A stretch of 64,000 nt of DNA, taken from an uncultured Actinomycetota bacterium (lineage in GTDB: Bacteria; Actinomycetota; Acidimicrobiia; Spongiisociales; UBA4744). The position numbers were made by a program, and so were the translations under genes. The DNA is taken from positions 128,882-192,881 of the forward strand of contig CAVRPP010000010.1 in NCBI GenBank assembly GCA_963723165.1, given 5' to 3'. Below the pieces are notes generated by a model. That model saw only the letters and a program-made list of their open reading frames with translations. It had not been told where the DNA came from and did not search any database. Positions 39,006 through 48,409 of the stretch are shown here, in pieces (position 1 is the first letter of the stretch; each line of letters begins with the position of its first letter).

Positions 39006-40883
39006 ATGGTCCTTCCAGGAGATGACAGGGCGGTTGGCTCGCGCCGGCCATCAGCGCTCGAGCCTGAGCCCGGCGTCGTCGCAGCAACCAGGTCTGTTGA
39101 ACTGCTCGAGCAAGAACTCGGTGAGCTGGTCTGGGAGACGGACAGCCGTCTGCGTTACGAACACGCCTTGGCCGAATGTGCCCGGGCGCTACTGACCTCG
39201 CCTCGAGAGTCCACCCTCGAGGTGGTCCTCAACGCATTGCTGTCGGCCACCGACGCCAGCTACGCCTTCATCGAGCGCAATGTCGACGATCCTTCGTTGG
39301 GCTTTTGCTCCCGCACGGTCCAAGAGGTTGAGCGTTCCGGGCTGGGAGAACCCGCGGACGACGGCTACTGGAGTCTTGTGCCCTGGGACCGGATGCCTAC
39401 ATCGCTAGCGGTTCTCGAGAAAGGCAATCCCTTCTCATTTCTCGTCGCCGAGCTCACCGGTCCGGAACGTGAGCTCTATCACGAGGACCCGTTTCCCGTA
39501 GTTTCAGAGCTCGACATCCCCATCTTCGTGAGAGATCGCTGGGTCGGACTCATCGGGTTCGCGGACAAGGCGGAGGCACGAACCTGGTCGGAAGAGGATC
39601 TACGTCTGCTGGAGGTCGCCGCCGCCTTGATCGGCTCCTACTGGGATCGTGAAGACTCCGAGTCTCTCCTTCGGGAGAACCTCCGGAGAGAGGAGGGGCG
39701 GGTACGTCGCGAACGGGCTCTCTCCAGGTGCTCGGCGGCCTTGCTCAAATCCGGGACCGAGGACGACCTCGACGTGGCGTTGAACGTGCTGTTGGAAGCA
39801 ACAGAGTCAAGCTCGGTCTTTGTCGAACGGAATGTCGATCATCCCGATCTTGGCCTTTGCTCATCGATGATCCTGGAAGCGCCGCTGTCGGCTTCGTCGG
39901 GCATATGGGAGATGGTTCCCTGGTCGTCAATGCCGATTTCACACCGACACCTGTCACGAGGAGAGACATTCTCTTTCCTGATCAAAGACCTCACCGGCAT
40001 CGAGGCGGAGACCTATGCCCGAAGCGACGCGAAATCGGAGCTCAACATACCGATTTTCGTCGATGGTGAGTGGGTAGGTTTGGTCGGGTTCACCGACCGC
40101 CTCACCGAACGTGTGTGGGATACCGAAGAAGTTGAGTTCCTGCGAACCGTATCCGAGATGATTGCCGCATTCTGGGAGCGGCAAGCTGCCTACGAGAAAC
40201 TCGAACAGTTAGTCCGTTCCAAGGACGAGTTCATTGCCAGCGTTAGCCACGAGTTGCGGACCCCTCTGACGGTTGTGGTGGGCCTGGCAAACGAGATGAA
40301 GGAAGGTTTCGGACAGTTCACAGACGATGAGCTCCGCGAATTCATCGGCCTGGTCGCCGGTCAAGGCAACGAGGTAGCCAATATCGTCGAAGACCTACTG
40401 GTGATTGCCCGGGCCGATATCGACAGGATCACGGTGCTCCCAGAGTCGGTGGATCTTGTTGCTCACGTGAGGGCGGTTTTCGCCGGACTCGAACAGGAGG
40501 AGGAATTGAACATCATCGGGCAGACGCCTCCGACCTGGTGCGACCCGGGGCGCCTTCGTCAGATCATTCGCAACCTGCTCACGAATGCAGTTCGATACGG
40601 CGGCGAGCGGGTACGTGTCGAGCTGGGAGTGATGGGCGATCATGCTCGTCTCGAAGTCTGCGACGACGGGCCCGGCATCGGTGAGCAGGATCAGGACCGG
40701 GTTTTCGAGGCATACCACCGTGCCCACGATCGGCGGGGTCAACCGGCCTCTGTGGGGCTGGGGCTCACGGTCAGCAAACGACTGGCCGAGCTGATGGGCG
40801 GCAACCTGGCCTACTACCGGAGGGACGGTTGGAGTGTGTTCGCGCTGTCGTTGCCACTTACCACCGGAGACATCGACGGTTAG
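39006..40883 (+). CDS. cytoplasmic sensor histidine kinase with tandem GAF domains
   Basis: two ~200-aa repeats of 'ERNVDxPxLGxCS...MVPW..MP' followed by H-box 'SHELRTPL' and a HATPase domain. Confidence 0.8.
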   Translation: MVLPGDDRAVGSRRPSALEPEPGVVAATRSVELLEQELGELVWETDSRLRYEHALAECARALLTSPRESTLEVVLNALLSATDASYAFIERNVDDPSLGFCSRTVQEVERSGLGEPADDGYWSLVPWDRMPTSLAVLEKGNPFSFLVAELTGPERELYHEDPFPVVSELDIPIFVRDRWVGLIGFADKAEARTWSEEDLRLLEVAAALIGSYWDREDSESLLRENLRREEGRVRRERALSRCSAALLKSGTEDDLDVALNVLLEATESSSVFVERNVDHPDLGLCSSMILEAPLSASSGIWEMVPWSSMPISHRHLSRGETFSFLIKDLTGIEAETYARSDAKSELNIPIFVDGEWVGLVGFTDRLTERVWDTEEVEFLRTVSEMIAAFWERQAAYEKLEQLVRSKDEFIASVSHELRTPLTVVVGLANEMKEGFGQFTDDELREFIGLVAGQGNEVANIVEDLLVIARADIDRITVLPESVDLVAHVRAVFAGLEQEEELNIIGQTPPTWCDPGRLRQIIRNLLTNAVRYGGERVRVELGVMGDHARLEVCDDGPGIGEQDQDRVFEAYHRAHDRRGQPASVGLGLTVSKRLAELMGGNLAYYRRDGWSVFALSLPLTTGDIDG

Positions 40884-40903
40884 CCGGTAACTACCCGGCT
40901 AAA

Positions 40904-41001
40904 AGACTTCCCGGCACCAGGGGGCGGGATGCCAGGCAAACATGGCATCGGCGCGGAGACCTCTTTCAGCGACCCTTCGATTCGCCCCGGCAGCCATGAG
41001 G
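40904..41001. repeat. ~98-bp direct repeat, copy 1 (decayed duplicate of the 3' end of the GNAT gene at 41668)
   Basis: ~93% identical to 41672-41770; copy 1 has a 1-nt indel and a TAG stop instead of TGA. Confidence 0.85.
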
Positions 41002-41007
41002 AGCCGG

Positions 41008-41442
41008 TCAGGAAGCTTCGCAATAGTCTTTGATTGCGTCGAGGTCTTGCGCGAGGGCTTTGCGGAGCATGGGTGAGATCAGCGGATTGACGAGACGGGC
41101 AAGCAACTTGTAGGGCTTCGCCTCCCCAACCATTGAAAGCTCCGTGCCTGCGTCGCCGGCACGGACCGTGAAAAGGGTATCCCAGATCGTTCCGCCCGCG
41201 TCCGAAACCAGCCTCACTCGCTCGTTCACCTCATACTCCGTGACTTCGAGCTCGGTGGATGCTTCCCGGCCGCGCATCACGCGGGTCTCCCGGAACCTCG
41301 CGCCGACCCCCGTACGGTTGTCGGACAAGAACTCGACGTTCACGATATGGGGGACAGCCTTTGAGAAGTTCTCAATGTGAGCGATGGTTTCAAAGACCTT
41401 CTCGACGGGAGCGGCAATCGTTCGGGACGCTCGTAGTGTGGA
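41008..41442 (-). CDS. SRPBCC (polyketide cyclase/dehydrase-like) protein
   Basis: 'IAAPVEKVFETIAHIENFSKAVPHI' Bet-v1-like N-terminus; internal ATG start chosen. Confidence 0.7.
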   Translation of the reverse strand, partial: STLRASRTIAAPVEKVFETIAHIENFSKAVPHIVNVEFLSDNRTGVGARFRETRVMRGREASTELEVTEYEVNERVRLVSDAGGTIWDTLFTVRAGDAGTELSMVGEAKPYKLLARLVNPLISPMLRKALAQDLDAIKDYCEAS

Positions 41443-41667
41443 CATTTCTCTCTCCTTCTCCCGTCGGGCTTGGAGATCTGCGGCTACCAAGCGGGACAAT
41501 CTCGGCAGGCTACCAACCGGCCGAGGGAGCGGACGGGTCTGTGCGTGTTGGGGCCGGTGCGAATTGTTGCAATTGCGCTGAGTCGTACGAAGCAAGCCGT
41601 AATCATTGGGGCTTTTCGGCGAAGCGGTCGACCGGATGAGCAGGCTACAGCAGGGCTTCAGGCCAGT

Positions 41668-42891
41668 TCAGAAGACTTCCTGGCACCAGGGGGCGGGATG
41701 CCAGGCAAACATGGAATCGGCGCGGAGAACCTCTTTCAGCGACCCTTCGATTCGCCCGGCAGCCTTGAGGTCGAGAGGGCGAACCCCTCCCAGGTAGATG
41801 GCCCCGAGATCGGAAGCGGACAACCGAATCTGTGGAACAGACGTGCTGCGGACGCAGCTCACGTCATCACCGTTCGCCTCGAGCAGATAGGTCCCGCCGA
41901 TGGACGGGTTGAAGTCGTCGTGGACTTCGATACTGAGGGTTCCGTCCCGGCTGTATTTCCTGGTCGCCAGGGCCGCCGGGATATCGATCGGGCATACCCA
42001 GAGAGAGTCGGTGATCCGGCGGTGAAGGCGGCGCGAGTCGGCGAGCAACCAGCGGAGGGGTTCGTCGGCCGGGAGGTTCCAGTATGTGATCCTGCGAATC
42101 AGGTCGATGGAGCCGAGGTAGCGCCACAGTCCGTCGGCAGCGGCCAGGTCGACGGCTTGAAGATCGATGATCCGGATTTCACCGTTGGGAAGGTCATCTG
42201 CATCCCAGTCCTCCTTGGCCCGATACTGGACGTACCCGCGAGGTATTCCGTCTTCTTCGTACACGGCGTACCGGTAGCTGGTGGCGCCGCTCCGTCGGCT
42301 TTCCGGATCCCGGAAGACCCGATGCTCCCACCACGCCTCCGACCGATCGAACATCCCGGGCCTCATGAGCCGGGTCTTCTCGAAGACGGCGGGAAGCAAG
42401 ATCCGCGCCTCAGTGGGATCGACGAGGCGGACGGCGCCAGATCCGTGTGGAGGTCCGGGCAGGACTGCGTGGCTCCGTTCGATTTCAGCGTCGACCCTGG
42501 TCACAGCGGGACCGAACCCGAACCGTCCGTATATGGAACTCTCCGATGCCCACAAGGCAGCCAGCGTATCGCCGCGAACCCGGGCTTCTTCGAAGTGGGC
42601 CCGCATCATCTGGCGAAGAACTCCCCGGCGCCGGTAGGTGGCAAGAACCGAAACCATGGTGGTTCCGGCCACCGCCGCCCGTCCGCCCGGCACGGTCATA
42701 TCGAGACTGAAGGCGCCGGCGGTGCCGATCATCTGGTCACCGTCGAATGCGGAGACGGTCCGGTCGATCTCGAGAATCGCTTTGAACGGTTCGAGGCCCT
42801 CGTCGGGAGGGTCGAACCCGAAGACCAATCCCATCAACCGGCGGAACTCCGGTCGTTCATCTTCCGTGATGGGGCGAACGGTGAAGGTCAT
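41668..42891 (-). CDS. Eis-like GNAT N-acetyltransferase (GNAT plus SCP2-like C-terminal domain)
   Basis: 407 aa; 'VLATYRRRGVLRQMM' acetyl-CoA motif; domain order typical of Eis. Confidence 0.75.
   Translation of the reverse strand: MTFTVRPITEDERPEFRRLMGLVFGFDPPDEGLEPFKAILEIDRTVSAFDGDQMIGTAGAFSLDMTVPGGRAAVAGTTMVSVLATYRRRGVLRQMMRAHFEEARVRGDTLAALWASESSIYGRFGFGPAVTRVDAEIERSHAVLPGPPHGSGAVRLVDPTEARILLPAVFEKTRLMRPGMFDRSEAWWEHRVFRDPESRRSGATSYRYAVYEEDGIPRGYVQYRAKEDWDADDLPNGEIRIIDLQAVDLAAADGLWRYLGSIDLIRRITYWNLPADEPLRWLLADSRRLHRRITDSLWVCPIDIPAALATRKYSRDGTLSIEVHDDFNPSIGGTYLLEANGDDVSCVRSTSVPQIRLSASDLGAIYLGGVRPLDLKAAGRIEGSLKEVLRADSMFAWHPAPWCQEVF
41672..41770. repeat. ~98-bp direct repeat, copy 2 (authentic 3' end of GNAT gene)
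   Basis: encodes the C-terminal 'LKEVLRADSMFAWHPAPWCQEVF' of the 41668..42891 ORF. Confidence 0.85.
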
Positions 42892-42931
42892 AGCCCGATC
42901 ATGCTACGTCGCTGATGCGGGCAGTGGACCC

Positions 42932-43567
42932 TCAGGCCCCGGTGCCGGCGGTTGCGGCGGCGGCCGCAACAAGTGCGTCGTACGCAGTGGTGAACTCGAC
43001 GGTAGCCGCCTGGAAGGCCGCTACGGCGTCGCGACGGGGTTGGGCGCTGGGACCCTCGAACCCGGCCCGGGCGTTCTGGCCGGCAGTGCGGATCTTCCCG
43101 GCCGCAGTGGCCAGGTCGGCGTGAATCGTGGCCAGAGCCTCGTAACCGGCCGGTGGGGCGGCGATCTCGACCCCGTCGGCGAACACCGATGCACGTACTT
43201 CAACATCCCGGAACAGGGCCAGGGCGTCCTGGTATTCGATGACCCGGGGGCTGGCATCCTGCTGGCCGTTGACGTCGAGCAGGTCGGCTTCAATACCTGC
43301 CAGTTCGGCCTGCGACCCGGTCATCTTTTCCACGTAGGCCTGGACCTCGGCCGGAACAGCGGAAGCCGCGGTGGTTGTGGTGTCCCCGTCGCCGTCGCTG
43401 CCGGTTGTGGTGGTCGTTGCCGCTGCCAGTGTTGTCGTAGTCTCCTCCGGCTGGGCGCCGGGGAGTTGCTGCACGAAGAAATAGGTGAACCCGACCATTC
43501 CCACGATGATGAGCGGGAGGATCCAACGGCCGGGCTTGGGATCTGGATTACGACTGGTCATTGGCAC
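42932..43567 (-). CDS. membrane-anchored hypothetical protein (Thr-rich linker)
   Basis: N-terminal TM 'WILPLIIVGMVGFTYFFV'; no recognised domain. Confidence 0.5.
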   Translation of the reverse strand: MPMTSRNPDPKPGRWILPLIIVGMVGFTYFFVQQLPGAQPEETTTTLAAATTTTTGSDGDGDTTTTAASAVPAEVQAYVEKMTGSQAELAGIEADLLDVNGQQDASPRVIEYQDALALFRDVEVRASVFADGVEIAAPPAGYEALATIHADLATAAGKIRTAGQNARAGFEGPSAQPRRDAVAAFQAATVEFTTAYDALVAAAAATAGTGA

Positions 43568-43691
43568 CAGAACGTTAGCGGAACGGAAGCTGGTTCCCTA
43601 GCAAGGTCAGGGTCGAACCTCTTGCACTTGGCCGGGCCATCCCATACGTTGAAACCCGCCCCGCACTTCCCCAGTCAGACGAGGAGCATCG

Positions 43692-44567
43692 TTGATGGAC
43701 GGGACCCGTTCCACTGAATCATCCGAGCCGCCAGAGGTATACGAGCACATCCCATGGGCCGAATTGGCGGTACCCGCCCGGGAGAAGAAAACCTGGGTGG
43801 TATATGTGGTTGCCGGCGCGATCCTCGCTGCCTCTCTGGGAACGCTGGCAGCCAGATCGGTTGTTCGTTCGACGGCATCTCCCTCCTTGGCAACCGTCCC
43901 GACGGTGCCCGAGCCGGTTGCCGTGACCCTGCCCCCACCCTCAACACAGGAGGAGGCACTCACCGAAGCGGATTTGCTGGCGATAGCCCCCGGGCAGAGC
44001 GAGATCAGTGCTGCCGCACGGGCCGAATGGTTCGTGACGGACTACTTCTCAACAGGTGGCGATCCGGCGGCTTCCCGGGCGGTGCTGGAGGCCCTCCCCG
44101 AGGGTTCGGGGCTGCCCGCCCCAACAGGGTCTGTCTCGAATTCGTATGTCGCGTGGGTGGCGACTACCCGGATCGAGGCTCTCGGCCGTCAGCGGTTCCG
44201 CTCGACCGTGCTCTTCCGGGTCCTCGTATCCGGTGAAGACGGGGAATATGTCCGGTTGCCCGTGAGGGCTGTCGATGTGGTCGTCGAGGTGGATCCGGCG
44301 GGAGGGACCCGCGTGATGGATCTCCCGATGCCTGTGGAAGTACCGGCCGGACCCGTCTCTGAGAGCTGGGGAGAGGCGGCAGATGTGCCCGACGGTGTCC
44401 GGGCTGCCGCCCTTCGGAGGGCGGATTCGTGGGGCGATGAGCCTGCCTTCATCGAGGGAAGTCATCGGGAGGGCGGCTGGCGGGTGGTCGTCAGTGTTGT
44501 GGATGGAGCCGGTGTCCGGTGGCCGTTGACACTGTGGCTCACCGACCAGGGTGATTCTGCCTGGTGA
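43692..44567 (+). CDS. membrane-anchored hypothetical protein
   Basis: TM 'WVVYVVAGAILAASLGTLAA'; no recognised domain. Confidence 0.5.
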   Translation: MMDGTRSTESSEPPEVYEHIPWAELAVPAREKKTWVVYVVAGAILAASLGTLAARSVVRSTASPSLATVPTVPEPVAVTLPPPSTQEEALTEADLLAIAPGQSEISAAARAEWFVTDYFSTGGDPAASRAVLEALPEGSGLPAPTGSVSNSYVAWVATTRIEALGRQRFRSTVLFRVLVSGEDGEYVRLPVRAVDVVVEVDPAGGTRVMDLPMPVEVPAGPVSESWGEAADVPDGVRAAALRRADSWGDEPAFIEGSHREGGWRVVVSVVDGAGVRWPLTLWLTDQGDSAW

Positions 44568-44579
44568 AGAGCTCCGCAG

Positions 44580-44837
44580 CTAGACCGAGAAATGGCTCTG
44601 TAGGATCTCCTGCGCCGGCCCGGCAATTGCGGCCCAGTCTGCGTCCGGGGTCTTGGTCAGCGTAACGAAATCGGCGGTCATGAATATGCTCGTTATCCCG
44701 GGAATAGACAGAAGCCCGAAAGCCAGCGGGTCGTCTGTGTCTCGGCCTGCCACGAAGGTCTTGGGTCCGCCGACGTCGACTCCGACCGTGAACTTGAGGG
44801 CGTTGGGGTTGGGGGTTGACTCGATTTGTACGGTCAT
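44580..44837 (-). CDS. Nfu/NifU N-terminal-domain-like protein
   Basis: 'MTVQIESTPNPNALKF' matches the Nfu_N fold start. Confidence 0.65.
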   Translation of the reverse strand: MTVQIESTPNPNALKFTVGVDVGGPKTFVAGRDTDDPLAFGLLSIPGITSIFMTADFVTLTKTPDADWAAIAGPAQEILQSHFSV

Positions 44838-44879
44838 CAGCCATCCTTTCGACCCACTGCATCGTAGCGAGGGTCGCTG

Positions 44880-46868
44880 ATGGCACGGGACCCTAACGCG
44901 CTGGGGGTCGACGTCGGTGGAACGTTCACCGATCTTGCCGCCTGGGACGGGTCCATGTTGTTGTCCGGCAAGACGTCAACCACTCGAGACCAGAGCGAGG
45001 GGGTGGTGGTCGGGGCGGCGGAGGTACTCGGCGATATCTCCATCGACCGGCTTCTGCACGGGACCACGGTGGCTACCAACATGCTGCTCGAACGCAAAGG
45101 GGCGAGAACGGCGCTCGTGACGACCGCCGGTTTCGTCGACGTGATCGAGATCGGCCGTCAGGATCGTCCGGCGCTCTACGACCCGATGGCCGATCGGCCG
45201 GTGCCACTGGTGCCGCGTGACCTCCGCTTTGGGGTCGCCGGCCGGGTCGGGCCGACGGGTGATGAGATCGAGGCGGTCGAAGACTTGAGCCGCCTCGCCG
45301 ACCAGGTGCGGCGCTCCAGGGCCGAGGCCGTAGCTATCTCGTTGCTGTACGCATATGCCAACCCTGCGCACGAACGAGCAGTGGCCGACTCGCTGGCCGA
45401 GGTTCTGGACGGCGTTCCGATTTCCATTTCGTCGGAAGTAGCACCGGAGTTTCGCGAGTTCGAACGAACCTCGACGACCATCCTGAACGCCTACCTGGAG
45501 GCGGGCACCGGCCGCTACTTGCGCAGCCTGCAGGGTCGCATTGCCGAAGCAGGTCTTGCCGACGAAGTTCTGGTGATGCGGTCCTCGGGCGGCCTGATGG
45601 CCGGGCTGGCTGCGGCACGACTGCCCGCGGCTGTCTTGTTGTCGGGCCCGGCCGGAGGTGTGGTTGCTTCGGCCGAGCTTGGCACGGCCCTCGGCTACGG
45701 GAGACTCGTTTCTTTCGACATGGGTGGCACGTCGACCGATGTGTGTCGGATCGAAGGTGGCCGTCCGGAGGTCTCGTATCAGCGGGCGATCGACGGCTAT
45801 CCCTGCCGGATGCCTGCCGTGGCCGTCCACACGGTCGGGGCCGGTGGTGGTAGTACGGCGTGGATCGATTCCGGGGGGTCCCTGCGGGTTGGCCCGCAGA
45901 GCGCCGGTGCCGATCCGGGTCCTGCCTGTTATGGGAGAGGCGGCACCGAGCCGACGGTCACCGATGCTGATCTGGTGGTTGGCCGGCTTGCCGCCAACAC
46001 TCTTCTGGCCGGTTCGATGCGGCTCGACGTGGAGGCTGCCCGACGGGCCGTGGCCGCTCTGGCCGGCCAGCTCGAATTGGAGGAGAGCGCAACGGCGCTC
46101 GGAATGATCGACGTGGTCGAGTCACATATGGAACGGGCGGTTCGGACCGTTTCGGTAGAGGAGGGAGCCGACCCGCGCTCGGCGGTCCTGGTGGCTTTCG
46201 GTGGCGCCGGAGGGATGCACGCGACGGCTCTGGCCCGCCGTCTGGAGATGTCCGCCGTCGTGATTCCTCCTTTCGCCGGAGTATTCAGCGCGGTCGGACT
46301 GCTCCTCAGTCCCGCCCGGATCGATACGGTCCAGGGGGTCCTGATGACTGAAGGGGACGGCATTGATGAAGTGGTTGCCGGTGTTTCGGTCCGGGCTCGG
46401 GAGCAGATGATCCTCCAGACCGGACAACGGCCCGCAGAAGTACTCGGCATGGTCGATGTCAGGTACCGGGGCCAGTCACACGAGACGACAGTGCCGTACC
46501 AGCCGGGCGACGGCTGGGAGGTGCTGGCCGGTCGATTCCACCAGGCCCACCTGGAACGCAACGGTTTTCTCCGGTCCGATGATCCGATCGAGGTCGTGGC
46601 TGCACGGGCGGAGGCAACCGGCCGGGCGGCATTGAATTGGTCCGACCTGCCCGAGATCGTGCCGATCGGGACGGCCGGGCGGGGGAGCCGGATGGTCCTC
46701 ACCGGGACGGGTCCGCAAGAGGCATCTGTGTGGTGGCGCCCCGGGTTGGTCGCCGGTACCGAACTGGTCGGACCGGCAATCATCGAAGAATCGGAAGCCA
46801 CGGCCTACCTCGGAGAGGGAGAGCGGGCGACCGTGCATCCGTCGGGTGCCCTGGAGGTGGTTTGGTGA
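44880..46868 (+). CDS. hydantoinase/oxoprolinase A subunit (HyuA family)
   Basis: 'LGVDVGGTFTD' ASKHA N-terminus; 662 aa. Confidence 0.85.
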   Translation: MARDPNALGVDVGGTFTDLAAWDGSMLLSGKTSTTRDQSEGVVVGAAEVLGDISIDRLLHGTTVATNMLLERKGARTALVTTAGFVDVIEIGRQDRPALYDPMADRPVPLVPRDLRFGVAGRVGPTGDEIEAVEDLSRLADQVRRSRAEAVAISLLYAYANPAHERAVADSLAEVLDGVPISISSEVAPEFREFERTSTTILNAYLEAGTGRYLRSLQGRIAEAGLADEVLVMRSSGGLMAGLAAARLPAAVLLSGPAGGVVASAELGTALGYGRLVSFDMGGTSTDVCRIEGGRPEVSYQRAIDGYPCRMPAVAVHTVGAGGGSTAWIDSGGSLRVGPQSAGADPGPACYGRGGTEPTVTDADLVVGRLAANTLLAGSMRLDVEAARRAVAALAGQLELEESATALGMIDVVESHMERAVRTVSVEEGADPRSAVLVAFGGAGGMHATALARRLEMSAVVIPPFAGVFSAVGLLLSPARIDTVQGVLMTEGDGIDEVVAGVSVRAREQMILQTGQRPAEVLGMVDVRYRGQSHETTVPYQPGDGWEVLAGRFHQAHLERNGFLRSDDPIEVVAARAEATGRAALNWSDLPEIVPIGTAGRGSRMVLTGTGPQEASVWWRPGLVAGTELVGPAIIEESEATAYLGEGERATVHPSGALEVVW

Positions 46869-48409
46869 AGGTTGACCCGATCACGCTCGAGGTGGCTCGC
46901 AATGCGTTCGCAGCCGTCGCGGACGAGATGGGTGCCGTGCTGCGGCGCACCGCCTACTCGCCGAACATCAAGGAGCGGGCGGATTGCTCGGCAGCGATAT
47001 TCGTGCCGAACGGAGAGATGCTTTCCCAGGCCGAGCACATCCCCGTGCACCTGGGCTCTATGCCCGCTTCGGTGGCCGCCGTCCTCGAACATGCCGATCC
47101 GGAAACCGGGGTCCACTATGCAGTCAACGACCCGTATCACGGAGGCACCCATCTCAACGATCTGACCCTGGTGCGGCCGGTTCATAGTGGTGGGGAGCTG
47201 ATCGGCTGGGTGGCCAATCGCGCCCATCACGCCGACGTCGGCGGCGAGGCTCCCGGTTCGATGCCTGCCCATGCCACAAGGCTCGATCAGGAGGGCTACG
47301 TGGTTGCCCCGATGGCTGCAGTCCGTCATGGCGAATGGCTGGATTCGTTTCTCGAGCCGTTCCTGGCGGCGACCCGAACCCCCGCTGAACGCCTGGGCGA
47401 CCTTTCGGCGCAACTCGGTGCAAACGAGGTCGGAGCGCGCCGGTTGACGGCTCTGGCGGAGCAAGCCGGGGCGGCGGGTTATTCCATGATGACCAAAGCT
47501 CTCCTGGACTACGGAGAGCGTCGAATGGTGGCTGCCATCGCGGCGCTGCCGGACGGCGTCTTCCGGTTTGAGGATGTGATGGAATGGCGAAGGGGTCTCG
47601 TTCCGATCAGGGTGGCCGTGACAATCGACGGTGGAAGGCTGTTGGCCGATTTTGAAGGGACTGTCGACCAGATCGAGGGGAATATCAACGCCGTCGAGGC
47701 AGTGACCCGCTCTTGTCTCTACTACGCGGTCCGGGTAGCCACCGATCCGACCATTCCGGCCAACGGCGGCTGCTACCGGCCCTTGTCGTTGTCGGCTCCG
47801 GCAGGTTCTCTGGTGAACGCCCGGCCGCCTGCGGCGGTGGCGGCCGGAAATGTCGAGACCAGCCAGCGGATCGCCGATGTGTTGCTGGGAGCCCTCGCCC
47901 AGGCCGCCCCGAACCGGGTTCCGGCAGCCTCGCAAGGCACCATGAACAACGTTCTGATCGGCTCAGATGCCTTTGCCTACTACGAGACTCTTGCCGGTGG
48001 GCAAGGCGGCCGGCCCGGCCGGGCCGGTCAATCGGGCATTCATACCGGCATGACCAACACGAAGAACACCCCAGTCGAAGCACTCGAGACCCATTACCCC
48101 TTCCGGGTGATGAGCAGCCAATTGCGGCGGGGGAGCGGAGGCGCCGGCCGGTATCCCGGAGGGGAAGGCATCGAGCGCGAGATCGAGTTTCTGGCTCCCG
48201 CAACCGTTTCCCTGATGGGGGAGCGCCGGGTGGTCCCACCCTGGGGGCTCGCCGGTGGAAAGCCGGGAGCCTGCGGGGAGGATTGGCTCATACGGCCCGG
48301 CGGTACACCCGAACGGCTTCCCGGCAAGACCACGTTTACGGTGGTTCCGGGCGACCGCTTGCTGGTCAGAACCCCTGGCGGCGGTGGCTGGGGATCCCCG
48401 AGGGACTAG
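46865..48409 (+). CDS. hydantoinase B/oxoprolinase (HyuB family)
   Basis: GTG start overlapping the hyuA stop; 'DPITLEVARNAF...SPNIKERADCS' HyuB N-terminus. Confidence 0.85.
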   Translation: MKVDPITLEVARNAFAAVADEMGAVLRRTAYSPNIKERADCSAAIFVPNGEMLSQAEHIPVHLGSMPASVAAVLEHADPETGVHYAVNDPYHGGTHLNDLTLVRPVHSGGELIGWVANRAHHADVGGEAPGSMPAHATRLDQEGYVVAPMAAVRHGEWLDSFLEPFLAATRTPAERLGDLSAQLGANEVGARRLTALAEQAGAAGYSMMTKALLDYGERRMVAAIAALPDGVFRFEDVMEWRRGLVPIRVAVTIDGGRLLADFEGTVDQIEGNINAVEAVTRSCLYYAVRVATDPTIPANGGCYRPLSLSAPAGSLVNARPPAAVAAGNVETSQRIADVLLGALAQAAPNRVPAASQGTMNNVLIGSDAFAYYETLAGGQGGRPGRAGQSGIHTGMTNTKNTPVEALETHYPFRVMSSQLRRGSGGAGRYPGGEGIEREIEFLAPATVSLMGERRVVPPWGLAGGKPGACGEDWLIRPGGTPERLPGKTTFTVVPGDRLLVRTPGGGGWGSPRD

